A DNA stretch of 63,805 nt, filler included, from Sluysia triapertura (GCA_046118255.1; 5 parts of 5 records of this genome joined end to end with filler, not necessarily neighbours in it), one strand, 5' to 3'; shown: positions 37,341 through 50,468, counted from the whole stretch's first letter. The notes: generated by a model not told the origin, from the sequence alone. Made by a program: numbers and translations.

Positions 37341-38286
37341 ATGAATCAAGATTCTACTACACTGTGTATTAATATCGATGTAAAATTAATGCTATTTTCA
37401 ACACATATCCTAACAGGCGTTTTATGTCGTTCTAATCATTATGTTATGATAATTGATACAGAACAAAAAGATGAAGAATTTTCTCAATTATTACAAGGTA
37501 TTGATAGAGTTAAAAATGTTAACAATTTTACAATTATTTCAAGAACCAAAGATTTTAAAGCGTACATTTCGAACTTATCAAAGAAGTTATCTCAAGAATT
37601 AATTAACCTAATATTGTTTTTATATAAACCTATCCATTCTTGTTTAAACCAACTTTCAAGATTAATGTAAACGATTGGAATCTATTCGAACTAAAACACA
37701 AATTGTTAAAATCACTAATACCAAGTAAGTGGGCCCACTTTCCAAAATCTCTATGGTCTAATAATTACAATTATGGTAAATACGTTATGATTCCGGTTTG
37801 TGTTAGACATGAAAATAATTTTATATCATTCAGAATGAATGTTAATAATCAATTTTCAGTTTTAGTATATTATCATGAAGGAAATGAGTCTAGTTTAATG
37901 CGATGTATATTATACTCAAATGTGACACCAAAAATGAGTTCAATTGATTCGATAATCAAATTATTGCGACGTCGGTGTGAATTGACGGATTTAAGATTAA
38001 AACACCAACGCTAGGAGATAGACATGTCAAGAGATATAATTTGATATATGATAAAGTCGGAAGTATGATGACAGAACTTTACAAATTAATCGAATCTCCT
38101 ACTCTTTTGGTCTTTTTAGATTGTGTTTGGGAGATGTTACATATATACTCAATTTCATATGAAGTAAATGAAACAATTTTTAGAAATGTTACAAGATACA
38201 CTTATAATTGGGAATATGCTGCAGATATGCTAAAAGAAGAAAAATCGATAAAAATGCTTTGCCTGAACATAAAGTATGAATCATAA
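37341..38286 (+). pseudogene. Myotubularin-related (MTMR9-like) diverged, internally deleted, frameshifted copy
   Basis: GVLCRSNHYVMI...DEEFSQL...ID...TIISRTKDFK resembles the MTMR9 PH-GRAM (GTLCLTGHHLIL...EELWLL...ID...TIIIKCKDFR). YPFLFKPTF..NDWNLF resembles YPFFYRPMF..DGWHSF. FSVLVYYHEGNESSLMRC resembles FPVLSYYH..NG..IMRS. ESPTLLVFLDCVWEMLHIYSISYEVNE resembles [27 protein letters not shown]. Confidence 0.78.
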
Positions 38287-40295
38287 ATTAATGAAAATAT
38301 AATTTATCCCAAAATTTTTCAACAGTATCGATTAAGTTCTCGAGTACCTTTCAAGTATGACGTTTTCACACGCGAGTCATTATGCCATGCTATGTTCTTG
38401 GTTAGTATTGTGGTGTCGAAAATTCAGCAGTTGCCGTATCATTGCCTGGCGATACAAGCACGGTCCCAAATAAATTTTATGAAATTTCGCTTAATAACAA
38501 ATTTGTAAGTCTTAAATCGATTTATTTATTTAATTGTTTTTGGTCATTTTAGGAGAAATTAGGATCGTGAAATGCCGGCGAGTAGGACATGATCGTTGTC
38601 ATGAAACAATTATTGTTAAATATAGAACTTCACAAATTTGCAAAATAAAACTTCATCTTCAACATTTTGTTTATTTAATAATAAATTTTAATATTGATAC
38701 CTTCATTTTATTCCGTCAGATTTATGTTTTTACCATAAAAATAATATCTAAGTATATGCTAAAGTTTAATTTCAAATATGTAATCAACTATAAAAATTAT
38801 TGTAAGGTTTATAAAAGATACATAGACATGATAATAAAAAAAATTAATAACGAAATAAATATAAACTTTTACCTAATACCGAACTTTAGATTAAACAGTT
38901 ATCTTGTAGATCCTTCATGCTCATTCTTAATCTTTAGGGAACCGCTTGGCCTCATCCTTCTTAGTAAAAACAATTATCCGCCCTCAAATACAGCTTATAC
39001 CTTGACGATAAATAATAATTTTAAAAATACATCTTCAAAACTTTGTTCATCACAATACAAACCCATAACATCAACCATAGCATTAAATGTCGTGTTTGAA
39101 AGATTATTTTAAATATAAAGTTACAAGATAATGCGGAACTATATTTAAGTTGTATTGTTTTATTTTAATCAAGATACTCTCATGAGTACTTAAAATTACA
39201 ATTAAAATCTTTAAGTTTTAAATATAACTTATAATTCAATCCTGGTTAATTAATTACTGATAATTACACAATAATTGTAATTGCACAAGCTACTAAATAG
39301 TATACTGTTTCAAATTGTTTTATTGATTTTTATTTATTGGCCATTGCTTGATAGAAAACATAGATTTTGCATAACATTATTTGAATTATTTATTGGTCAA
39401 ATAACTTATCTATAGAATTTGATTATATAGAACAAGATCAAAATCTGGCTTATTTATTTTTGTAGTGTAATTCGGTCGAGTATATGTCTCACTTTTCCTT
39501 TTAATAAAGTACTTCTTGCATTTTCATTGGATATGAAGTAATTAAACCACAGACCATTGGGCCAAGCGTATCAGTTACATCACTTTGGTAATCACAATCA
39601 ATAAGCATTTTCAAGAAACGGAGCACGTTAAAGAGTATTATGTAAGAAGGTTTTATTTGCTTGAGAAAACAAAAGAAAAGATATCATTCAAACATATTAT
39701 ATAAGTCGGAATATTATGAAATGTATGAGTAAAGTGATTCTTATGTTAGTAATAACTCAGGTCTTAGAAAATATATAAATAAATGAAGATGGGGCGGTTC
39801 AACCACTTGTTACGATTATACATTACACCACCTACACGACAAAACTTCATTTTAAACATGTATAATAATGCACTCCATACATACCCTTACCTAACACCAC
39901 ATCAACTTCCATATCTTCATTATTAAGCATTAACTTTAAAATAATGAATTTATAGAATTTTCAAAACAAATCTAATTTTAAATTAAATCTAATATCCTAA
40001 AAATGCACGATCAGAATTGTCATCGTATCATTATCATGTAATCATATAATTATACTGAAAGAAAAATCAGCAACCAAGAATTAAGATTTTATAAATAAAT
40101 AATTACATAAATAAACAATGATTGCAAAAGTAAGGGTGTGATGAAAGTTAAGCTTCAGTTGAGAATATGAGATCACCTAAATTTGAAGGAACAGAAAACT
40201 ATGTGTAGATTTTAATTATGCTAAGAAAATATTCACGATTACAAATTAATGGCTTCTAATTCTTTCTTATTTTGATTATAAAAAAATTATGTTAT

Positions 40296-40454
40296 TGTTA
40301 GACTTCGTAAAATGGACTGACCGGAGATCGAACCCGGAACCATCGCTGCGCAGTTCGAATGCTCTACCACTGAGCTATCAGCCCCGTCTAACATTTTCAT
40401 TTTTTAATATATTCAATTATACTACTTGGCACTTTTAGGCCTTTTACCCCAACA
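40296..40454 (-). mobile_element. ~159-bp TG...CA repeat unit containing a tRNA-like gene (copy 2)
   Basis: Minus strand TGTTGGGGTAAAAGGCC...GTCTAACA; homologous to 35120-35275. Confidence 0.7.
40313..40384 (-). tRNA. tRNA-Ala(UGC)-like pseudo-tRNA
   Basis: GGGCTGA TA GCTC AGTGGTA GAGC A TTCGA ACTGCGC AGCGA TGGTT CCGGG TTCGATC TCCGG TCAGTCC A TTTT. G3:U70 and A73 present; positions 34-36 read TGC; anticodon stem unpaired. Confidence 0.72.
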
Positions 40455-42245
40455 TATTATATTAATTATGAAAAACGTTATTATTGTGCTTAAGACATTT
40501 AAATGAGTAGTTACAAATTATAAACTTTAACTTATTAAAAAGAAAATAATAAAAACGAAATTTATTTTTATTACACATAAATGAAAATAGATAGAGGTCT
40601 TATAACTATGTTCATGTATCAGTATGAATTAAAATTTTTTCTACTATTACTAACGTTCCCATACAACTGTATATCGATCAGAAATAACTACTTGAACAAT
40701 CTAATATACAAGTCGCCTCGAAGAGTATCGGAACACTTTATAGTAAGCCAGTGAGTTTGTCTCCTGAGACAATGGTAATTTTCATGCTACGGAGAGTAAC
40801 TTTTGTCTGTCAAACACTGCAGAACCATGGTGATACATATAAAAGATCGTTGTCAGATTTAAACGTACACTTGATTGAAAAGATAAGTGTTTCAATATGT
40901 AAAAATAAGTTAAATTAGAAGTATGATTTAGAATGTGAATATAAAAAGTGATTTAAAATGTGAATCTAACACGTAAATTTGATTCTAATTTGGAACATAA
41001 ATGTAAATGCTTAAACTCTCAAAATAATTCAGTTCGTAAATGTAAATAAAAACATTAGGTATGATTTAAGTCATAAACGTGATTTAAAATGTGAATATAG
41101 TTCTTATACTCAACCTCAGTACCATCGCGACTGCGAATCGAGGATAACTCGGTATGTAAATAATCTAAAGTACGAGTTACATTACAGTAGATCGAAACAC
41201 TGCATATTGCACGTATAGTAAATGGGTCTGACGCCTTGGACCATAACCATAATACTCTATTGCTTGTAGTCTGCTCATGACTAAGAGACTTAATCAAACC
41301 TTACATCATCGCGAGAAATAACGCGGAAAGGTGATTGATACATTAGATAATCAAATTTAACAACTCTTGTTATTTCAAAATTTTCTCGAATTCAATAATG
41401 TTGTTTATCTAATTTTTATGGAGGCAAAATTAGTTAGAAATTATTTTAAAAATTACATATTTGAGAGTGATTACGTCTTTTAGTGGTTTATTTCGTAATA
41501 ATAGTGAAATAATATTGGTCATCAAGTTCACATTTAACCAATAATCTATAGAAAATTAATATAGATCCAAAAGACTGTTGTAATAATTAAAACAGAATAG
41601 CTTTGTTTTAAATATAAGCTTTATAGTGTTTTAAAGATATTTATAGTTACTTCGCTTAATAGAAAATCAAAATGGCTTGTAATATTCATATTTTAAATTA
41701 TAAAAATGACCTTTTTTGAATCGCATAATAAACATTGCTATTAGTGACTAACAGCCAAGTTTAACACATTATTAATGATTTCGAGAAAATCGAATGTTTT
41801 TATATTTATCAGATTTCTCAGCTTGCATTGGTCAAATAAAAATTTTCAAAGTTTGTACTAATTAATCATCGCAAGTGACTCGAAATACTTAATGGATAAC
41901 GGATGATAAGTTTTATCGAATCTGCGACATTATCCAGACATTTTACTAACTGACGATCGTGAAGGAAGGAAATTCTTGATTTAAATGGTACTATTTGATT
42001 TTATCTTGCAAGAAATGTAAATGTAAATGTGACATCGATGTAAGATTGACAAAAGATTATAAAATGAATAGTAAAAATATATCATTTCATTAGTTTATTT
42101 CTTTGAAAATAAGAAAGAACTTATGCTTCAACATAATAAATAATTGTATAACTATTATTAAATAAGTACATTTGAAAGTAATTAGATCGTGGAAAACAAT
42201 TCTACTATTATCAATATGTAATTTAAAATTTATTTTTAATTTTAG

Positions 42246-42344
42246 AGCATTGGAATTGCAAGAATATTTTCCAAATGGAAAATTTCAGAAGTACACAATA
42301 AATAACAAAGAAGCTGACAAATGGTGGAAAAAAAATTTTGACAC

Positions 42345-42389
<45 letters not shown>

Positions 42390-45300
42390 TTCATATTTTA
42401 ATATTTTAAAGTGAATGCTTTTTGTGGTAAAATGCGTTAGGATTTTAAATCTTTATCCTAGAAAATTATTGCTTGGTACTTTTATATAACTGCTCTTGGC
42501 AATTAGTATAATACGCTCTGTTGCTGTAATATTTATTCTACTAGTCTTTCGTACTATTTTTTTTTCAAATTCTATCACTTTATAAGATATCAATTTCAGT
42601 GAGTCCACTACTCGTCTCTGATATTAGACATGAAAGTTTTGTATCAATAACAGTTTGTAATCTTTATATTTCGGACTTTATTCGTTAGGTCTTAGTTGCT
42701 AAACTCTATTGATTAAAATTTATGTATTAAACTCTATCAGACTTAATTGAACTTTATTCCTCAATCCCCTTTCTTATTTGTATAAGTATAAAGTAAATAA
42801 ATGAATTGTGAAGACAATACATTATAAAAAATGATAAAAAATAAGATAAAAATATTTATATAAAATGTTTAATTTAACTTTATTTTAAAAAATATAGCTT
42901 GTCGGCTAAAATTGAATTACCTGGAATTACGGGAACAAGAATCGTCAGTAACTGCTTTATACGAATTAATGATTGTACCAGAGTAATTGATTCGACATAT
43001 AGTTGATTATTTTAAAGTGGTCCCAACTATGTCGATTATTTATTTATTGTTGTGTGCTTTATTTTGAGTTAACCTCTATTTATATTCAAATAATATTCAG
43101 TATCATATAATGTTATAGCAATATATAATATTAAAATACAAAGTAACGAATTAATAATAAGTACAGAAACTTCTATTTTATCCGCCATTTTCTGCAATTC
43201 GCCGATTTATTTTTGTAAAAATGAATATAAATAAGTGTACTTTGTAATTTTTTACTCGAAAAGCCGCCATCTTTTTTCATAGTCCAGTTTTTTGGCGGAT
43301 ACATAATAGAATGAATAAATAATATCAAATGCATTATTATTTGTAATAGAATGAATTAACAAATAAGTAACCAAATATTGATAATATTCAAATGTGTCGT
43401 GTCAATGAATTGACTTAGCAGATAAAATAATTTTTGTTCACATAACTGTAGTAATTCTAATAATCTTTCAATTTTAGCCAACAAATTGATTTTTGTTGAC
43501 ATAAATTTAGATTTCAAAATATTTTCTATATGTACTCTCAATTCGATTACTATAACTTGAAACATTTTTAAAGCATTTAGTCATTTTATTTAATATTAAA
43601 GTTGCTGACATTATCATTATTATCATTATCATTATTATTATTATAATTATTATCATTATTATTATTATATTAATATTCAGAATGTATATAGAAAGATCTA
43701 AATTTATGGAAAAGTTAACTTCTCACTTCTTGAAAATGAAGGGGGGAGAAATTAGAAATTTTGAAGATTGTATTAATTTTACGAATACTAACTACGTAAC
43801 TAATTTTGAATTTGATTTAATAACCAGGTAAGTTTTTATATATTTTAATTATTAGTACTTGTTAATGACAAATTAGACGATGTTTATTGTCTATGATTTA
43901 ATCGGAATTCATATAAACATTTATACTTTTTCAGGATTTGTTAAGTACCTTTTGAAATGAATGTGGTGGTAGTTTAAATGAGTTTTGTTGATGATAGTTG
44001 TTAAGTTTTAGTTCGATTTATTTCAGATTTTAGTAGCACAATTAAAATCTGATTGATCAAGTAATGACAAAGTTTAAATTATTGGTTTAAATTTATTAAT
44101 AATCATTGATTATCTTGAACACGTTAAGTTGTGAATAAGGTCCACACAGACTTAAAGTTTGAGTAGTTAAAATTTAACAAAGTATTGTTTAAATGTTCAC
44201 TACAAATTTTAAATAACATAAGTGTAGATTTAAATTTCAAATGCACAGTTATTTTTTACGACGTTTTATGATTAAATGCATATTTTGACATTTTCCGAAG
44301 CTCCTGAGGGTTTTAATAAAATTCTCAAAACTATCGAGAGTACAGTTTGATAAATTTAGATAAAAGATGTACCACTCATAGAACAGACCTTCAGAACTGG
44401 AAAATAATTCTCCGAATACTCAAATAAGTCCAATAGAAGATTTTGTAATAAGAAGTAGTCATACAACCATTTTAAATTATTCAGAACTACATAATTCAAA
44501 ATCAGTATAGAAGATTCCGAGTCTTAATTGTAATTTCTATATTGAATCTTTCTTGGACCCAATTATTATTATTATTATTATTATTAATATTTGTATAAGA
44601 AGTATTATTTTCTGTTAAAAATTGGTGCTTTTGTGTGTTTGTGTGATCTTCAGATTTCATACAATCAAAAACTTTCTCAAACTTTTAAACAATTTATTCA
44701 ATGTCACATACAACAATATGCCAACTTTCTTAAATTCATACTCCTTTTTTGCAACTAAATTTAAATTTTAAAATATTAAATATTTTATAAACTTATTAAA
44801 TTGGAATAAAATAAAATAATAATCATATTTTTTATCTGTTACTTTATTATTTTTTTACTTTTATTTCATTTTTATTTTGCTTAAAATATTGATGAATTGG
44901 TCAATCAATTTTCATTTTCTTTAATTTTAAATTAAGGCTGAACGTTGCTAATGTACAATTCTAATTATTATTGTTGGGTTTGGTTAAAGATGACGAGGAA
45001 CACGAAGGTTATAACTCATAGTGTAAAAATAAAATAAGTATCATTGAGAAATTAAGATAAAGCATAACGATGAATTGTGATAACAAAATAAGTGTATAAA
45101 AGAATGAAGATAGAAAAAACTCTTTATAAGGTTTTATTTGTTAAAATATTAATTTAATTTAAAATTGTTTAATTTGATAAATTAGTGAAAAATATTGACA
45201 GAAATTACTATTGAACTTTTTAATGAATGAATAATTTTATAAGTAACTATTTATGTTACTTCCAATATTTGGTATATAAAACTTCATCTCCATTAGGGAT

Positions 45301-45908
45301 AAACACTATGATTAACAATAGTTTTATTGTTAGGGTTAGCATCTTACGTTATTAATAAAATTCGTCAACATTTATTGTATTATGTTATTCCTGGATTTTT
45401 ATGTATTTAGTACATAAGACAGTGTGATTTATAAATTTACACATATTTTTATAAGAGTAGTTGATAATTTATTGCAATAATTAAGAATATATTGAGATTT
45501 CGTATTAATTTGATTATTGAGTTATTTTTAAATAAAGACAACAGTATTAAAAAAGGTTCTGAATATCCAGAGTATATTGTTTCATAACAAAGACAAATAA
45601 TTGAAAATATATTCATAATAAATTCATTTTATATTGTTGAACAAGTAACTCATTTCTGATTGGTTAATTATAAATACTTTTATTATTATTATTGTATTTT
45701 AAAATAGAATCTTTGCGATCACGTATATAATTCTGGCAATTTTATAATTTTCAAAATACTGTATTTATTCTTAATTTAGATTATATCAACCATGGCAATA
45801 TTTCATTGATATATGGCGAGTCGTTTATAATCATCCAGGATATTTACATTTCGGAACATATGGTGAAACTAATGATATTTTGACAAAATACATAGAAAAA
45901 CCTGGCAC
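42246..45908 (+). CDS. CBL: Cbl-family E3 ligase, TKB domain (end of four-helix bundle, EF-hand, start of SH2), partial; exons 42246-42344, 43681-43827, 45780-45908
   Basis: Three phase-compatible GT..AG exons. ELQEYFPNGKFQKYTINNKEADKWWKKNF resembles [50 protein letters not shown] resembles IDLTCNDYISVFEFDIFTR. LYQPWQYFIDIWRVVYNHPGYLHFGTYGE...YIEKPGT resembles [30 protein letters not shown]...FIHKPGS. Confidence 0.88.
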
Positions 45909-47542
45909 GTTAGTTTAACATTATTTGAGTATTAGATGCTAAATATTGAGTCTTAAATGTTAAAGTTATATTAAGTGAATTTTGTGTGCTGATACATTAA
46001 CTTTTTTTTAGTGTAGTTTATTATTTCAATGATGAACTTAAAAAACAAGTATCATTTTTATTTTGTAAAAATCCTTTTTTTTAATAAGCCCTTATATATG
46101 TTGAGTTAATTTCTTTCGAAAATTGTTTTATTTTGTTTTACAGTTTCATTTTACACAAATTTATAATATTGACCAATAACAGCAATCTAATGTGTACAAT
46201 ATTACCTAATGAAATGTTATTTCTCACTGCTTAATTTTTAAAATACTAAATTAATAGTATTAAACAGGCTTGAGTATAATAACTCAATAGTAATGGTGAT
46301 GATTTTATTACAAATGCGCTGTACCTCTCTCACCATTTTTAAATATGTTTATATTTTTATCTGGAGCGATACCTTCTCGCTAGTTTGTATTTCATAGAGC
46401 TTAGTGTATACTCGTTTGAATTTAGTGCTTTTCAATTTTTTGTTTTTTTTAAAGTTTATATTATTATTATTATTATTATTTCTACTTTATCAACATTATA
46501 AATAAAAACAATTAAAAAACTACTTTTTTTGACCTCATTTCACAGAAAAGCACTCGCATTAAATGGTTAAGCACAATTTTTAGTGCAATGAAATTTTGTT
46601 CTTAAATTTATCTTTGTTTTCAATTATTATTATAAAGCATTATTATTAACCAGTTTAGTAGTTTTGTTACAATAATTTTACACCAATTTTTATTTAAGTC
46701 CATCATTGTTCTATATTGAAAAGGTTTTGCCAAATGTTTATGATTAAAAAAAATGAAATTGGATAAAAGTAACAGTATAACGTAAAAAAACGTTAGTTTG
46801 TTTTTATTAAGCTTGCCTCGTTAAAGTAGCTCAAGGTCATACGTTGATTGATAATTTACTACTTTTAGGCCACTTTAAACATAAATATTATTATTAAGGT
46901 TCAAAAACCTTAATAAACCAAATATTATTTTTTATTTAATTTCATACAATCTTAGTTTTATTTTAGTTTCTTTTGATTTTATATATGTTCCACTTTATTT
47001 AATATCAATTTAACGTGGCCACTGACCTTCTCTAGAATTATTATATAGAAAAAGATAATAAAATTAACATAACATACATCACGAAATGTAAATTACAAAT
47101 TTTTTCTATTAATATGTCAAATAATTCACTACATAAAAATTTTAGCTGATAATCCAATTAAATATTAATATTGAATTTAAAACATTACGTTTAATTAAGC
47201 CCGCAAATTTTTGAATAAACGTGATGAAAAATGCCCAAAGCAATAAGTTATTATTATTAACTTATGAAGTTTAAATAAAGCCATTGCATACGTTTCAGTT
47301 AATGGATCAATAACTTTGGATTCATCTTACAAATTGATGTGTGTTTGTATTTTATTTCATTGTATAAAATTTGGTGCAAAATGTGAACAGTTTCTGAAGA
47401 ATAATTTTTACTAAATTTAAAATAAATTCTTTATTCAAGAACTGAAATAAAATCACGAAAAAAACTTAGAATTTTGAAAATGGAAAAGAAGCAATTCAAA
47501 TAAATAAAAAATAAAATGAAAAATAAAATAAAAATTATAATT

Positions 47543-47574
<32 letters not shown>

Positions 47575-48568
47575 AATAAATAAATAAATGAATCAAAATA
47601 AATAAAAAGGAAAAGTGGAACAGTTTGCTGTACTTAATTAGACAAGAAAAGAGGTGAATAAAATTAAAGCGGATATAAATATAACTACAACATAGAAAAT
47701 AATAAATAAATAAAGTGGACGAAAGTATAGCTAGAATTATATTCTAGAATGTAATTAACTTTTATTTGGAGAAAAATTGTCATAGAAACAAAAATATATA
47801 GAATAAGATTAAAATGTAAAATTAATTATAGAGAAAAAATTATTATAGGATATCATCAAGAAAATCTTTGGCTTTAATTGGCTAATTTACAAGTATTATC
47901 GAAGATTTGGTACTGTCTAATCGGAAAACATTTGAAGTATTTAATGAAGATTTGTCAAATTAGTACGCCATCCTGAAAATAAAATATAATATAACACAAA
48001 TTTTTATATAAAAGTTTTACTTGTTTATTAAACTCTTCCCTGTTTATTTATTTTTCAAGTGTGTGGTCGAAAACTGGCTATTTTTTTATTAGCGAAAACA
48101 AAATAATTTTTTTCTAATAGAAAAACAAATAAAACTAGACAAACAAGGTAATAAAACATACAATGTAATATTAAATAATAGCAAAAATAGTGTATAAAGA
48201 TATTTTTGACATCGTTTTATAAATATTATGAAGATTACACTTATTTTTTTCATTTGATTGTTTTGGTCCGTATATATATACGGGATTTTATACTCTGGTC
48301 AGTTTTAGTTACCCCGTAAATATACGGAATAAACAGGGAAGGGGTTAAATAGACTTTAGTTAGTTTTTATTGCGAGACTTTGAAAGATTATTTCTTACAA
48401 CAGAGACGAATTAGGAGCGCGCACCTTTACAGATAGAAACTATTTATATTAAGGTTTTAAATTTATTAAATACTATATAAAATATTGCGATAGTTTAAGT
48501 AACTAGAAGTTATTGATTATGGAATTAAATAAAAAAGATTTCAAGTCTTAATATTTATAGACGATATT

Positions 48569-48728
48569 NNNNNNNNNNNNNNNNNNNNNNNNNNNNNNNN
48601 NNNNNNNNNNNNNNNNNNNNNNNNNNNNNNNNNNNNNNNNNNNNNNNNNNNNNNNNNNNNNNNNNNNNNNNNNNNNNNNNNNNNNNNNNNNNNNNNNNNN
48701 NNNNNNNNNNNNNNNNNNNNNNNNNNNN
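48569..48728. other. Intra-scaffold assembly gap
   Basis: 160 N with no linker sequence. Confidence 0.95.
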
Positions 48729-48867
48729 AATGATACTAATTATAATTATAATTATAGTTATAATAATTATAATAATATTACTACAATACAATATTTTTTT
48801 CAAATGTCATACAGTTTTATATGAATTTTAGTTTTCGATTATTTATTTGTTTCGATTATTTCAGATA

Positions 48868-48941
48868 TTAACCCTTTGAGTGCCAACATGATTTTTAGAG
48901 AATTATCTAAAAGTGCCAGGATGCTACACAAAAATGAAAAT
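48868..48941 (+). mobile_element. piggyBac-like terminus truncated at the contig end
   Basis: TTAA-CCCTTTGAGTGCC followed by a second AGTGCCA; other GGTTAA-type ends at ~46570 and ~48347. Confidence 0.4.
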
Positions 48942-49041
48942 NNNNNNNNNNNNNNNNNNNNNNNNNNNNNNNNNNNNNNNNNNNNTTAATTAATTAANNN
49001 NNNNNNNNNNNNNNNNNNNNNNNNNNNNNNNNNNNNNNNNN
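48942..49041. other. Artificial contig linker
   Basis: N44-TTAATTAATTAA-N44. Confidence 0.97.
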
Positions 49042-50403
49042 ATTAAGTTATTTCTTCTAGCAAAAAGGACGTTTAATCAAAATGATTATCATTAAATTTC
49101 TTTAGCATAACCAGGCTTAATGCCGTTTTTCTTTTAACATTTACTTCAAATTTGTAATTGAAAAACAATTTGATAACTTTATTTTTATTTGTTAGTTTAT
49201 CACAATTTAAAATAAATACATTTAAACTTTTAATTAAATTTTATCACTGAATTATGTTCAATAAAAGTCTGTAATTCAAAATATAATTAAATAAATAACA
49301 ATGTTTATAAGAAATTAGATTAAACTTTAAAGGAAATCTAATTTTCTATGTATAAAGAAAAATATTCCTTGAAACGGAAAATTTTATATTTTTAACCTAC
49401 AATTAATCTTTTATAATATTAGATTTTCTTCATTTTTTAAAACATTGAAAGATTTTTCTAGCTCTAAAATTCAGAATAATTATAATATTATGAAAATTTT
49501 ATGAACATTTTATCCCACAAATAATACATAATTTTGACTTAAACTAATAACACAAATTAATCAATTTGTAGTTCAGAAAACTATTTATGTTGGAGTTATA
49601 GAAATGCATCGAATTTATATTGAATATTATAAAAAAATAAATATTCTAATGACATAATTTGGTAAAACAAATTATGTACTAAATAGCAAGTCTCTGATAT
49701 TTTAACTCACTCATACGTTTTATTATGTGTATTTTAATTCTATTATTGAACCATAATATTTTAAATATGTTAAATTATTCAGGCCTTTAACTACGACTAT
49801 ATATTTTTAATAGGCAAGTCGCTCAATACACAAAAAAACTAAAATATAAAAATAAAAATTTTCAATTAAAAATTATTTATTTTGTTTTAGAACAATATTT
49901 TTGCAAGAATAAAATTTAAAAACACATTCTTGCATTTAGAACGAAATAAAATATCTTCTGTAAATTGATGTTCTTGCAATTTGAAGCTATATCTGTCTGT
50001 ATATTCATGTAAAATGAAAATTTCGCTAACAAAATTTAAAATTTCAGTTTGAGTTTAACGCAAAATGTTTCATTTTAACCTAGTAGAAAACTTCTATAAT
50101 GTAATATTTTCTCTAACCTGATTATTTTTGGTACAGAATATAAACTCGACTTATGCAGATGTATATTTCTATTACTCATATTTTTGCCTCTAAAATAATA
50201 TACAATCTAACTTGCATCAGTTGAACTTTTTCAAATTTGAAATTTTCTCTATACTTATTTTAGGTCTAAAATGGATATAATTCTTTATAATTATGATTTA
50301 TTCTTTTAATTAGACCAAATAGTAATAAATTACGTGAGTTTGTATGCTCTGTGCATCTAAATGAATTCAGTTATTCATAACAAAGACAAGCTACAACCAT
50401 TCC

Positions 50404-50468
50404 TAGCGCAATTCATCAGATCGCGTACCTCATATAAGTTTCGTTGCGTCGTCTATTGACGACAGCTA
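50404..50468 (-). ncRNA. Hammerhead-ribozyme-like motif (type II order), possibly inactive
   Basis: Minus strand GCAAC-GAAA-CTTATATGAG-GTA-CGCGAT-CTGATGA-ATTGC has both core strands, a GUA triplet, stem II GCAA/TTGC and a short stem III. Stem I cannot form. Confidence 0.4.

Noticed and set aside
38534-39112. 192-aa plus-strand ORF
   Set aside because: Composition is dominated by AT-rich codons (I, K, N, F, Y) with no recognisable domain; part may be the shadow of a decayed minus-strand sequence.
35120-40454. The two tRNA-bearing units as paired LTRs of one 5.3-kb element enclosing the MTMR9-like copy
   Set aside because: An artificial linker lies between them, no PBS or polypurine tract adjoins either copy, and copy 1 has its own matching 4-bp flanks.
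48555-48803. ORF across the N gap
   Set aside because: Artefact of N bases and an ATT-type microsatellite.
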